Below are positions 19,937 to 29,648 of a stretch of 64,000 nt of DNA, piece after piece. The stretch comes from an uncultured Candidatus Rokubacteria bacterium (lineage in GTDB: Bacteria > Methylomirabilota > Methylomirabilia > Rokubacteriales > CSP1-6). The number at the start of each line of letters is the position of its first letter. Position 1 is the stretch's first letter. Below the pieces are notes generated by a model, which was not told where the DNA came from, searched no databases, and was given only the letters and a program-made list of their open reading frames with translations. Location of the stretch: contig CAVWWD010000003.1 in the NCBI GenBank assembly GCA_963758635.1, forward strand, positions 907,184 to 971,183. Reading direction: 5' to 3'. Made by a program: the position numbers and the translations under genes.

Positions 19937-21575
19937 GCCCCCGCGGCTCATCGCCGACGTCGCCCGCGACCTGGGCCTCGGCGAGGCCGAGTGGATGCCC
20001 TACGGCCGGTACAAGGCCAAGGTGCTGCTCGGCGCCCTCGAGGCCCGCCGCGCGCGCCCCGACGGCAAGCTCGTGCTCGTCTCCTCGATCACCCCGACGC
20101 CGGCGGGTGACGGCAAGACGACGATGACGATCGGCCTCGGGCAGGCCCTCTGCAAGGCGGGGAAGCGGGCGGTGATCGCGCTGCGCGAGCCGTCGATCGG
20201 CCCGACCCTCGGCATGAAGGGCGGCGGCACGGGCGGCGGCCGCTCGCAGGTCGTGCCCATGGACGAGATCAACCTGCACTTCACCGGCGACTTCCACGCC
20301 ATCACCTCCGCCAACAACCTGCTCGCCGCCATGATCGACAATCACCTCCACCACGGCAACGCGCTCGGCATCGACCCGCGCCAGGTGTTCTGGAAGCGCG
20401 CGCTCGACGTGAACGACCGCGCGCTCCGGAAGAACGTGCTCGGCCTCGGCGGCGCCATGGACGGCGTCCCGCGCGAGGGCGGCTTCCTCATCACCGCCGC
20501 CTCCGAGATCATGGCCGCGCTGTGCCTCGCCGAGAGCCTGGCCGACCTCCGGGCGCGGCTCGGGCGCATGGTGGTCGCGGTCACCCGCGAGGGGAAGCCC
20601 GTCGCCGCCGACGCCCTCGGCGTGACGGGGGCGATGACGGCGCTCCTGCGGGACGCCGTGCACCCGAACCTGGTGCAGACCATGGAGGGCACGCCCGCGC
20701 TCGTCCACGGCGGGCCGTTCGCCAACATCGCGCATGGGTGCAACTCGGTGGTGGCCACGCGGATGGCGCTCAAGCTCGGCGAGATCTGCCTGACCGAGGC
20801 GGGCTTCGCCACCGACCTCGGCGCCGAGAAGTTCTTCGACATCAAGTGCCGGTTCGCGGGCCTCTCCCCCGACGCCGCGATGATCGTGGCCACCGCGCGC
20901 GCCCTCAAGTACCACGGGGGCGTCGCGATCAAGGACCTCGGGCAGGAGGACGTGGAGGCGGTGCGCCGCGGCATCGACAACCTGGCCGCCCACGTCGAGT
21001 CGGTGCGGCAGTTCGGCGTGCCGGTGATCGTGGGCATGAACCGCTACCCCACCGACACCGCCAAGGAGTACGCGGTGGTGAGCGAGGCCTGCGCCCGGCT
21101 CGGGGTGCGCGTGGGATTCGCGGACATCTTCGCGCGGGGCGGCGACGGGGGGCAGGAGCTCGCGCGCGAGGTCCTGGACCTGCTCGACCGCGAGCCGTCG
21201 GCCTACAAGCCGCTCTACCCGCTGGACGCCTCGATCAAGACCAAGCTCTCGACCATCGCCACCCGGGTGTACGGCGCCGACGGCGTCTCCTACTCGGCGC
21301 GCGCCGAGCGCCAGATCGCCCAGGCGGAGGCGCTGGGCTACGGCGGCGTGCCCGTCTGCGTGGCCAAGACCCAGCGCTCGCTGAGCGACGACCCGTCGCG
21401 GCTGGGACGGCCGCGGGGGTTCACGGTCGCGGTCAACGAGGTCTACATCTCGGCGGGCGCCGGCTTCCTGGTGGCCCTCACCGGCGACATCACCACCATG
21501 CCCGGCCTGCCGCGCCGGCCGAACGCCGAGAACGTCGACGTCGCTCCCGACGGGGCCATCACTGGCCTTTTCTGA
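19902..21575 (+). CDS. fhs: formate--tetrahydrofolate ligase
   Basis: ORF 19902..21575, 557 aa, full-length Fhs similarity (PTPAGDGKTTMTIGL). Confidence 0.9.
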   Translation: MATSTPTPATPEPPRLIADVARDLGLGEAEWMPYGRYKAKVLLGALEARRARPDGKLVLVSSITPTPAGDGKTTMTIGLGQALCKAGKRAVIALREPSIGPTLGMKGGGTGGGRSQVVPMDEINLHFTGDFHAITSANNLLAAMIDNHLHHGNALGIDPRQVFWKRALDVNDRALRKNVLGLGGAMDGVPREGGFLITAASEIMAALCLAESLADLRARLGRMVVAVTREGKPVAADALGVTGAMTALLRDAVHPNLVQTMEGTPALVHGGPFANIAHGCNSVVATRMALKLGEICLTEAGFATDLGAEKFFDIKCRFAGLSPDAAMIVATARALKYHGGVAIKDLGQEDVEAVRRGIDNLAAHVESVRQFGVPVIVGMNRYPTDTAKEYAVVSEACARLGVRVGFADIFARGGDGGQELAREVLDLLDREPSAYKPLYPLDASIKTKLSTIATRVYGADGVSYSARAERQIAQAEALGYGGVPVCVAKTQRSLSDDPSRLGRPRGFTVAVNEVYISAGAGFLVALTGDITTMPGLPRRPNAENVDVAPDGAITGLF

Positions 21576-21664
21576 TCGCTGCCGCCGGTGAGCGCGCTCC
21601 GGCGCGTGTTATACTTACCGCCGCTCGCTGCTCCGCGCGAGCGTCGTCCCGTGCTTCCGCACTC

Positions 21665-22655
21665 ATGATCCACGTCGACCATCTGACGAAGCGCTACGGG
21701 CCGGTCACGGCCATCCGCGACGTCTCCTTCACGGTCGACGAGGGGAAGGTCGTCGGCTTCCTCGGCCCCAACGGGGCGGGCAAGTCGACGACGATGAAGA
21801 TCCTCTCGTGCTTCATGCCGGCCTCGGGGGGCACCGCGACGGTGGCGGGCTTCGACGTCTTCCGCCAGTCGATGGAGGTGCGGCGCCGGATCGGGTACCT
21901 CCCGGAGAACGCCCCCCTCTACCTCGACCTCTCGGTGGCCGCGTACCTGGACTTCGTCGCCGAGATCAAGGGCGTGTCCCGTGGCGCGCGGAAGGCGCGG
22001 GTGGCCGAGGTGATGGACCGGTGCTTCATCGCCGACATGAAGCACCGGACTGATCGGCAAGCTGTCGAAGGGCTACCGCCAGCGCGTGGGCCTCGCCCAG
22101 GCGCTCCTCGGCGATCCCAAGGTCCTGATCCTCGACGAGCCCACCATCGGGCTGGACCCGCGGCAGATCACCGACATCCGCGCGCTCATCAAGTCGCTGG
22201 CCGGGCAGCACACGGTGATCCTGTCGACCCACATCCTCCCCGAGGTGCAGATGGTGTGCGACGGCATCGTGATCATCAACCGCGGCCGCATCGTGGCCCA
22301 GGGCACCCAGGCGCAGCTCGTCGAGCAGGTGTTCCCCACCGCGCGCGTGGAGCTGGCCGTGGGCGGACCCGCCGACGCCGTCGCCGCCGCGCTGCGCGCG
22401 GTGCCCGGCGTGCTCCGCGTGGCGCCCATCGAGCCCGTTGGCGCGCAGAACGGCGTGGTCGGCTTCGCCGTCGAGTCGCCCCGCGAGCACGACCTGCGCG
22501 AGGAGCTGGGCCGGCTCGTGCTCGCCCGCGGCTGGCGTCTCATCGAGCTGCACCAGGCCGGCCTCAGCCTGGAGGACGTGTTCATCCGCGTGGTCGCGGG
22601 CGAGGAGGCGGCGGAGACGGCCACGATCGAGATGACCGCCGCCGAGGGCGCCTGA
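21665..22655 (+). pseudogene. ABC transporter ATP-binding protein (GldA-like) with an extra base at 22049
   Basis: Walker A GPNGAGKST before, signature LSKGYRQRV and Walker B ILDEPT after the shift (ORF 22086..22655 frame); the frames differ by exactly one base, an inserted a. Confidence 0.75.
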
Positions 22656-23422
22656 TGCGCTGGCTCCCCGTGTTCAAGAAGGAGATGCGGCTGTACTTCG
22701 GCTCGCCCGTGGCCTACGTGGTGTGCACGTTCTTCCTGGTCATCTCCGGCTTCTTCTTCAGCCAGATCTTCTACTTCTACACGATGCAGTCCATGCAGGC
22801 CACGATGAACCCCATGGCCGGCTCGAACCTGACGCCGACCGAGGGGATCCTCCGGCCGCTCTTCAACAACATGAGCGTGGTGCTGCTGTTCTTCATGCCG
22901 ATGCTCACGATGCGGCTCTTCGCCGAGGAGGCGAAGTCGGGGACGATGGAGCTGCTGCTGACCTATCCGGTGCGGGACGGCGAGATCCTGTTCGGCAAGT
23001 TCCTCGCCGCCGGCCTCCTGTACGCGCTCATGCTGGCCTTGACCCTGCTCTATCCGGGCCTGGTCGGGCGCTTCGCGCGGCTCGAGTGGGGCAGCGTCCT
23101 CACCGGGTACCTCGGCATGCTCCTCCTCGGCGCGGCGTTCCTCAGCATCGGGATCTTCCTGTCCGCCCTCACCGAGAACCAGATCGTCGCCGGCTTCTCC
23201 ACGTTCGGCGTGCTGCTGGGGCTCTGGGTCATCGGCTGGGGCGCGGAGTTCGCGAGCGGCACCCTGCGGAGCGTGCTTCAGTACCTCTCCCTGATCGAGC
23301 ACATGGACGGCTTCGGCAAGGGCGTGCTCGACACCAAGGACATCGTCTACTACGTCTCGGTGAGCGCGTTCGCCCTGTTCCTGGCCCTGCGCGCCGTCGA
23401 GGCGAAGCGCTGGAAGGGATAG
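22655..23422 (+). CDS. ABC-2 type transporter permease (GldF-like)
   Basis: ATG 22655 overlapping ATPase stop; six hydrophobic segments. Confidence 0.75.
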   Translation: MRWLPVFKKEMRLYFGSPVAYVVCTFFLVISGFFFSQIFYFYTMQSMQATMNPMAGSNLTPTEGILRPLFNNMSVVLLFFMPMLTMRLFAEEAKSGTMELLLTYPVRDGEILFGKFLAAGLLYALMLALTLLYPGLVGRFARLEWGSVLTGYLGMLLLGAAFLSIGIFLSALTENQIVAGFSTFGVLLGLWVIGWGAEFASGTLRSVLQYLSLIEHMDGFGKGVLDTKDIVYYVSVSAFALFLALRAVEAKRWKG

Positions 23423-23426
23423 TGGC

Positions 23427-25067
23427 GTGAGCGCGCTGAAGGCGTGGATCGGCCCGCTCGGCGTGGCGTGTCTCGTGGGCGCCGGCGCCGTGTTCCTGTT
23501 CGTGCCCTGGCTGGAGCGCCTCCGCTGGGCGCTCCTGATCGCGGGCGTCCTGGCTCTCCTCGTCGCGGTGGCGCTCAACGCGCGCGAGCTGGGCGCCGTC
23601 CTCGGGCGCCGCTCCGCCCGCTACGGCCTCGGCCTCGGCGTGACCGCGCTCCTCGCCCTGGCCGTGCTCGTGTTCGCCAACGCGGTGTCGGTCCGGCACA
23701 GCGCGCGCTGGGACTTCACCGAGAACCGGCGGCACAGCCTCTCGCCGCAAACCCTCAAGATCCTGAAGGGGCTCACGACGCCGGTGCAGGCCATCGCGTT
23801 CCCGCGCACCGACACCACGAGCAAGCAGAAGACCGAGGACCTCCTCAAGCTCTACGCCGCGTACTCGAGCGGGAAGTTCACGTGGCGGGTGGAGGACCCG
23901 GATCGCTCTCCGGGCCTGGCGCGGCGCTACGGCATCGAGAGCTACGGGACGGTGGTGCTCGAGCGGGCGGGCAAGGGCGAGGCCCGGTCCGAGAAGATCC
24001 TCGACGCCGAAGAGGAGAAGGTGACCAACGGCCTCGTCAAGCTCACCCGGGACGGCAAGCGCGTGATCTACGTCCTCAAGGGGCACGGCGAGCTCGACCC
24101 CGCGAACGCGGAGCGGCCGGGCATGAGCCAGGCGAAGGAGCAGATGGAGAAGGTCAACTACGAGGTGCGGGAGCTCATCCTCGCCCGGGAGGCCAAGGTC
24201 CCGGCCGAGGCCGCCATCGTGGTGGTGCCAGGGCCGAAGAACGATCTCCTCCCCCCCGAGCTGGAGGCGCTCGACGCGTACATCGCCCGGGGCGGCAAGG
24301 TCTTCTTCATGCTCGCGCCGTTCGAGGCCGATGGGCTTGCCAAGCACCTGGCCCGGTACGGGCTCGAGGTGGCCGACGACCTCGTCATCGAGACCAACCC
24401 GGTGGGCCGCCTCTTCAACGTGGGGCCGGAGGTGCCCGTCGTCACCCAGTACGAGGGCCATCCGATCACCCGGGAGCTCGGGAACACGATGACGTTCTTC
24501 CCCCTCACGCGCTCGATCGAGCCGGCCAAGACGCCACCGAAGGGGATCGTGGTGCAGGCCCTCGCCCGGACGAGCGCGCAGTCCTGGGGGGAGACCGACC
24601 GGGCGGCGCTCCGGCGCGGCGAGGTGCAGTTCGACGGTAAGGACCGCAAGGGCCCGCTGCCCGTGGCCGCGGTCGCCACGATCGAGGTCACCGCGGCGCC
24701 CGCGCCCGCCGGCAAGGCCGAGGGCGCCGGCAAGGGTGACGCGACCGGCAAGGGCGAGGCGGGCAAGGGGGACGGCGCCGAGCCGAAGCCCGCGCGCGCG
24801 CGGATCGTGGTCATCGGCACCGCGAACCTGGCCTCGAACCAGTTCCTCGCCGCCCAGGGCAACCGTGACTTCTTCCTGAACGTGATTTCCTGGCTCGCCG
24901 AGGAGGAAGACCTCCTCTCGATCCGACCCCGGGAGGCCACGGCCGCGCCGATCATCCTGACGGCCGCGCAGTCGCAGATGGTGTTCTGGCTGCCGGTCGT
25001 CGTGCTGCCGCTGGCGATCGTCGCCTCCGGCATCGTGGTGAGGGTGCGCCGGCGGCGCGCCGGCTGA
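23427..25067 (+). CDS. GldG-like ABC-transporter auxiliary protein
   Basis: ORF 23427..25067 (GTG); N- and C-terminal TM anchors, GldG family similarity. Confidence 0.65.
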   Translation: MSALKAWIGPLGVACLVGAGAVFLFVPWLERLRWALLIAGVLALLVAVALNARELGAVLGRRSARYGLGLGVTALLALAVLVFANAVSVRHSARWDFTENRRHSLSPQTLKILKGLTTPVQAIAFPRTDTTSKQKTEDLLKLYAAYSSGKFTWRVEDPDRSPGLARRYGIESYGTVVLERAGKGEARSEKILDAEEEKVTNGLVKLTRDGKRVIYVLKGHGELDPANAERPGMSQAKEQMEKVNYEVRELILAREAKVPAEAAIVVVPGPKNDLLPPELEALDAYIARGGKVFFMLAPFEADGLAKHLARYGLEVADDLVIETNPVGRLFNVGPEVPVVTQYEGHPITRELGNTMTFFPLTRSIEPAKTPPKGIVVQALARTSAQSWGETDRAALRRGEVQFDGKDRKGPLPVAAVATIEVTAAPAPAGKAEGAGKGDATGKGEAGKGDGAEPKPARARIVVIGTANLASNQFLAAQGNRDFFLNVISWLAEEEDLLSIRPREATAAPIILTAAQSQMVFWLPVVVLPLAIVASGIVVRVRRRRAG

Positions 25068-25077
25068 CGCCCTCCGC

Positions 25078-26844
25078 ATGAGCTGGAAGACCTTCGCGGC
25101 GCTCGTCGTCCTCGCCGCCGGCTTCGGCGCCTTCTACGCCTACGACACGTACTGGCTCTTGCCCGCCCGCGACAAGGCGGAGACGGTCAAGGGCCGCCTC
25201 TGGCAGGTCGAGGCCAAGGACGTGGAGACGGTCACCATCAAGCGCAAGAGCGAGACGCTGAAGCTCGCCCGCGCCGGCGACGGCTGGGAGATGCTCGAGC
25301 CGGTCAAGGCGCGCGCCGATCGCGGCGCCGTCGACGGGCTCGTCACCAGCCTCACCACGGTGCGCGTCGATCGAGAGATCGATCCCTCGCCCGCGAAGCT
25401 CACCGACTTCGGCCTCGACGCGCCGGACGCCGAGGTCACGATGCAGGTGAAGGGTCAGAAGGAGCCCCTCGCCCTGCTCCTCGGGGGCAAGAGCCCGACG
25501 GGCGCGTGGGTCTACGGCAAGGAGGCGGCCAAGCCCGCGGTGCTCGCGCTCTCGGACTCCGTCTCGCGCGAAGCGGCCCGTCCGGTGCCCGAGCTGCGCG
25601 ACAAGACCGTGCTCGCCTTCGATCGCAAGAGCGTCACGGCCATGGACCTCGAGGTCGGCGGGGACCAGATCTCGCTCGAGGCGCAGGACGGCGGGAAGTG
25701 GCGGATCGTCAAGCCGCGGGACTTCGCCGGCGACCCCGACGTCGTGGCCGAGTTCCTCGACAAGCTCGGCGCGGCCAAGGCCGTCGAGTTCGTGGCCGGC
25801 GTCGACAAGCCCGCCCAGTACGGCCTCGACAAGCCGGCCAGGCTCACGCTGTGGACGGGGAAGGACAAGGACCGCGCCTCCAAGGCCCTCCTGTTCGGCC
25901 GGCCCGTGCCGGACAAGAAGGGCGTCTACGTGATGCGCCCCGGCGAGGCCGAGGCCATGCTGACCGGCGAGGAGGTCTGGACGGCCTTTCCGAAAACCGT
26001 CGCCGCGCTCCGCAACAAGGTCGTCGTCACCTACGCGTACGACAAGGTGAAGCGCCTCGACCTCGAGAGCTCGAAGGGCCCCGTGTCGATCGAGAAGGAG
26101 GCGTCGGGCTGGAAGCTCACCGGCCCCGAGACGCTCAAGGCGGACACGGGCGCGGTCACCTCGCTCCTCTGGCGCCTGCGCGACCTGCGCGCCTCCGGGT
26201 TCCTGGCCGAGGAGGCGGCCGACATCCCGCGCTACCTGGCCCGTCCCGAGGTCACGGTGCGCATCTGGGAGGAGGGAGCCAAGGAGCCCCGCACGGTGCT
26301 CCTCGGCGCCTCGAAGGAGGTCCGCGGCGGAGCGCCGGCGGCGGTGGCCGCGGTCGCTGGCCAGGGGCCGGTGATGCTCGTCGACGGCAAGGCGCTCCAG
26401 GACTTGGCCAAGACGACCGACGACCTGCGCGACAAGTCGCTCGTCCCCGCGTTCGACCTGGGCGACCTGAAGGGCGCCCGGCTGTCCGCGGGCGGCAAGC
26501 GCATCGTGGTCGAGCGCGTCGGCGACCTCGACTGGAAGCTGGTCGAGCCCCGCGGCTCGCTCAAGGCGGGCAAGGTCACCGACGTCCTCCTGGCCGTGAA
26601 GGGCCTCGCCTGGAAGGCCATCGTCTCGCCGAAGGGCGACGACGCGGCGCGGTTCGGGCTCGACACACCCCAGGCCGAGGTGACGCTGATCAAGCGCGAC
26701 GGGACGGAGCTCGCCACGCTCCTCGTCGGCCGCGACGAGGGCGACGTGTCCTACGTCCGGCTGAAGTCCGGCCCGGCGATCTACTCGGTGGACGGCAAGG
26801 CGATCGGCGACATCAGGAAGGCGCCGGCCGAGATCCCCGGCTGA
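25078..26844 (+). CDS. DUF4340 domain protein (partner of GldG-type ABC systems)
   Basis: ORF 25078..26844; N-terminal TM, repeated DUF4340 modules. Confidence 0.6.
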   Translation: MSWKTFAALVVLAAGFGAFYAYDTYWLLPARDKAETVKGRLWQVEAKDVETVTIKRKSETLKLARAGDGWEMLEPVKARADRGAVDGLVTSLTTVRVDREIDPSPAKLTDFGLDAPDAEVTMQVKGQKEPLALLLGGKSPTGAWVYGKEAAKPAVLALSDSVSREAARPVPELRDKTVLAFDRKSVTAMDLEVGGDQISLEAQDGGKWRIVKPRDFAGDPDVVAEFLDKLGAAKAVEFVAGVDKPAQYGLDKPARLTLWTGKDKDRASKALLFGRPVPDKKGVYVMRPGEAEAMLTGEEVWTAFPKTVAALRNKVVVTYAYDKVKRLDLESSKGPVSIEKEASGWKLTGPETLKADTGAVTSLLWRLRDLRASGFLAEEAADIPRYLARPEVTVRIWEEGAKEPRTVLLGASKEVRGGAPAAVAAVAGQGPVMLVDGKALQDLAKTTDDLRDKSLVPAFDLGDLKGARLSAGGKRIVVERVGDLDWKLVEPRGSLKAGKVTDVLLAVKGLAWKAIVSPKGDDAARFGLDTPQAEVTLIKRDGTELATLLVGRDEGDVSYVRLKSGPAIYSVDGKAIGDIRKAPAEIPG

Positions 26845-26957
26845 CCGGCCGGGCGGGGCTCCCAACCGCCCCGGGGAACCGCGCGCGGCTCTCGGCGGTT
26901 AGCCATGCGTCCGTGGGCGGACGCGCATCTTCCTCAAACCAACGGAAGGAGATCGGC

Positions 26958-27518
26958 ATGACCAGGAGACGGCACCTCACGTGCGCCGTCCTGGCGGGCA
27001 TGATCGGGATCCTGGCCCTGGCCGGCGTCGCGCACGCGCAGACGCTCGAGGTCGGCCAGAAGGCCCCCGATTTCACGCTCGCCGGGCCGGGCAACAAGCC
27101 CGTGAAGCTCTCGGAGCTGCTCGGGAAGGGCCCCGTCGTCGTCTACACGTTCATCCAGGCCTTCACCGCGACCTGAATCAAGGAGATCGGCGACTTCGAG
27201 GCGAACCTCGCCCAGTTCGAAGCCGCCAACGCCCAGGTCGTGGGTGTGAGCGCCGATCACGTTGCGACCCTCGATGCCTTCCGCAAGGCCAACCCGACCA
27301 AGCACCTGCTGCTCTCCGACTTCCGGCGCACCATGCTGCCGGCATGGGGCGCGCTGAACACCGACGAGAAGAGCCCGATCTTCCGCTACGCCAAGCGGAC
27401 GTGGTTCATCCTCGACCGCGAGGGCACCGTCCGGTGGAAGAAGATCAACGACAACGCGCTGGACCTCCTCAAGGCCGACGAGGTGCTCAAGGCGCTCAAG
27501 GACTCGGGCGCGTCATGA
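26958..27518 (+). CDS. candidate selenoprotein: secreted AhpC/TSA-family peroxiredoxin, in-frame UGA 27174-27176 at the peroxidatic Cys position (FTAT-U)
   Basis: ORF ending at 27176 (...KAPDFTLAGPG...VVYTFIQAFTAT*) and ORF 27240..27518 share frame 0 with only that single TGA between them; ATG 26958 after ggaagga RBS; signal peptide MTRRRHLTCAVLAGMIGILALAGVAHA. Confidence 0.6.
27189..27212 (+). promoter_or_regulatory. putative bacterial SECIS-like hairpin 12 nt downstream of the UGA (ggcga...cgagg-cgaa-cctcg...tcgcc)
   Basis: Hand-folded; imperfect stem with bulge. Confidence 0.3.
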
Positions 27519-28042
27519 CACGGTCCGTCGCCGCCATGGCGCTGGCGCTCGTCGTGAGCGCCATGGCGGTGGCGTCCGCCGCCGCGCCCGCGTTCGAGCT
27601 CAACACGTACGCCCCGCGGAAGGCCGCGCCCGCGTTCTCCCTGCCCAACCTCGACGGGCGCGGGGTGTCCCTGGAGAGCCTCCGGGGAAAGGTCGTCCTC
27701 CTCTTCTTCTGGGCCACCTGGTGACCGACCTGCCGGAAGGAGTTGCCTTCCGTCAATCGGCTGCACACGGAGTTGAAGGATCGGGGGCTCGAGGTCGTGC
27801 TGGTGACGTTCCGGGAGTCGCCCGAGGTCGTGGCGCGGGCGGTGCGCGAGCGCGGCTACGTCGCCCCCGTGCTGATCGACGCGAGCGGCGACGTCACGGG
27901 CAGGCTCTACGGTGTCTTCGGCCCCCCCACCGCGTACCTGATCGACCGTAAGGGACAGCTCGTCGCGCGGATCGTCGGCGAGCGCGACTGGTCGACCCCG
28001 GAGGCGCGGGCCACGCTCTCGCGCCTGCTCGAGGAAAGGTAA
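27515..28042 (+). CDS. candidate selenoprotein: secreted TlpA/ResA-like thioredoxin-fold thiol:disulfide oxidoreductase, in-frame UGA 27722-27724 replacing the first Cys of CxxC (W-U-P-T-C)
   Basis: ORF 26981..27724 tail (MTRSVAAMALALVVSAMAVASAAAP...LLFFWATW*) and ORF 27743..28042 are in one frame across a single TGA; ATG 27515 overlaps the upstream stop (ATGA). Confidence 0.6.
27734..27752 (+). promoter_or_regulatory. putative bacterial SECIS hairpin: 7-bp stem cggaagg/ccttccg with AGUUG apical loop, 10 nt after the UGA
   Basis: Perfect inverted repeat seen in sequence; G/U-containing loop as in known bSECIS. Confidence 0.4.
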
Positions 28043-28052
28043 ACTGACCGCC

Positions 28053-28736
28053 GTGACCGACACGCTCTACCTGAAGCAGATGGAGCTGGGCCCGATGCAG
28101 AACTTCGTCTACCTCATCGGCGACCCGGAGACCCGCGACTGCGTGGCCGTCGACCCGGCGTGGGACATCGACGCCGTGCTCGACGAGGTCGCCGCCGACG
28201 GCATGCGCCTGACCGGCGTGCTCGTGACCCACACGCATCAGGATCACGTGGGCGGCCACCTCTTCGGTCACGACATCCCCGGCATCGCCGAGCTGATGCA
28301 GCGGAGCCCGGCGAAGGTCTACGTCCACAAGGCGGAGCGCGAGTTCCTCAAGGGCTACGGCGGGGACGTCGTCAAGGTGGACGGCGGCGACACGCTCTCC
28401 GTCGGCCGGATCCCCGTGACGTTCCTGCACACGCCCGGGCACACCCCGGGGTCGCAGTGCTTCCTGGTGGACGGCCGGCTCATTTCGGGCGACACGCTGT
28501 TCATCCGCTCGTGCGGCCGCACGGACCTGCCGGGCAGCGATCCGTCGGAGATGTACCGCTCGCTCACCCAGCGGCTCGGGGTGCTGCCGGACGACACCGT
28601 GGTCTTTCCCGGCCACAACTACGGCGGCGCCGCGACGACCATCGGCGACGAGAAGCGCGAGAACCCGATGATGCGCTTTCCGTCGATGGGCGACTTCCTT
28701 CGCGTCATGGGCGGCGGGCGCATCGTCCGGCCGTAG
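28053..28736 (+). CDS. MBL-fold metallo-hydrolase (glyoxalase II / persulfide-dioxygenase-like)
   Basis: ORF 28053..28736; HTHQDHVGG metal-binding motif. Confidence 0.7.
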   Translation: MTDTLYLKQMELGPMQNFVYLIGDPETRDCVAVDPAWDIDAVLDEVAADGMRLTGVLVTHTHQDHVGGHLFGHDIPGIAELMQRSPAKVYVHKAEREFLKGYGGDVVKVDGGDTLSVGRIPVTFLHTPGHTPGSQCFLVDGRLISGDTLFIRSCGRTDLPGSDPSEMYRSLTQRLGVLPDDTVVFPGHNYGGAATTIGDEKRENPMMRFPSMGDFLRVMGGGRIVRP

Positions 28737-28859
28737 CTCGCTTCCGCCGCCGCGCCTCGATCCCACGCTCGCGCGTCCTCAGTGATCCTCGCAGGATACG
28801 GTAACCGCCACGGGCCTCTACAATCCCACCGCTCGGCACTAGTCTGATGCGCGGGGCTG

Positions 28860-29639
28860 TTAGAGCACGCTCGCGCCCCCGTCCACGTGGAGGACCTGTC
28901 CGGTGATGTAGTCCGGGCAGGTGGCGAAGAAGCAGACCGCCTCCGCCACGTCGTCCGGCCGGCCGTGACGGCCCATGGGCACGCGGGCGGCGAGCCGGCG
29001 CCCCATCCTCGAAGGGAAGCCCTCGGGCAGCAGCACGACCCCGGGCGCCACCGCGTTGACCTGGATCCGCGGCGCGAGCGCGGCGGCGAGGCCCCGCGTG
29101 AGCATCACCACGCCCGCCTTGGAGATGCCGTACGGGATGTAGCCCGGCCACGCGCGCGAGGCGCCCACGTCGGCGATGTTGACGATCCGCCCGCCGCGGC
29201 GCCGCATGATCCGGGCCGCGGCCTGGGCGCAGAAGAAGGCGCCGCGCACGTTCACCGCGATGGCGCGGTCGAACTGCGCCGGCGTCGTGGTGTCGAGCGG
29301 TGTGCGCTCGAACACCGCCGCGTTGTTGACGAGGAGGTCGAGGCGACCGAGGCGGCGCGCCGCCTCGGTCACCAGCCGGCGCGCCGCGGCGGCGTCGGCG
29401 AGGTCGGCGCGGAGCGCGAGCGCCCGCACGCCGAGGGCGGTGAGGTCGCGCACGGTGGCCCGCGCCGCTTTCGCCGAGGCGTGGTAGCCGATGGCGACGT
29501 CGCAGCCGTGGCGCGCGAGGCCGAGCGCGATGGCGCGGCCGACGCGCGCCGCGCCTCCCGTCACGAGCGCCGCCGTGCCGGTCAGCGCGCGCGCGCGCGG
29601 CCGCGCTCGGTTGACTTGCCCTGACCCCTGTGGTGTCAT
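28860..29639 (-). CDS. SDR family oxidoreductase
   Basis: C-terminal 259 codons of ORF 28860..30020; TGGAARVGRAIA cofactor motif, YxxxK (YGISKAG). Confidence 0.7.
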   Translation of the reverse strand: MTPQGSGQVNRARPRARALTGTAALVTGGAARVGRAIALGLARHGCDVAIGYHASAKAARATVRDLTALGVRALALRADLADAAAARRLVTEAARRLGRLDLLVNNAAVFERTPLDTTTPAQFDRAIAVNVRGAFFCAQAAARIMRRRGGRIVNIADVGASRAWPGYIPYGISKAGVVMLTRGLAAALAPRIQVNAVAPGVVLLPEGFPSRMGRRLAARVPMGRHGRPDDVAEAVCFFATCPDYITGQVLHVDGGASVL

Positions 29640-29648
29640 CGGGCCGAC

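Noticed and set aside
27174-27724. The two in-frame TGAs as ordinary nonsense mutations or sequencing errors
   Set aside because: Both fall exactly on catalytic Cys codons of adjacent thiol oxidoreductases, the frame is maintained, and each is followed by a hairpin at SECIS distance. The window's errors otherwise appear to be single-base indels rather than substitutions. This is still unproven without Sec machinery.
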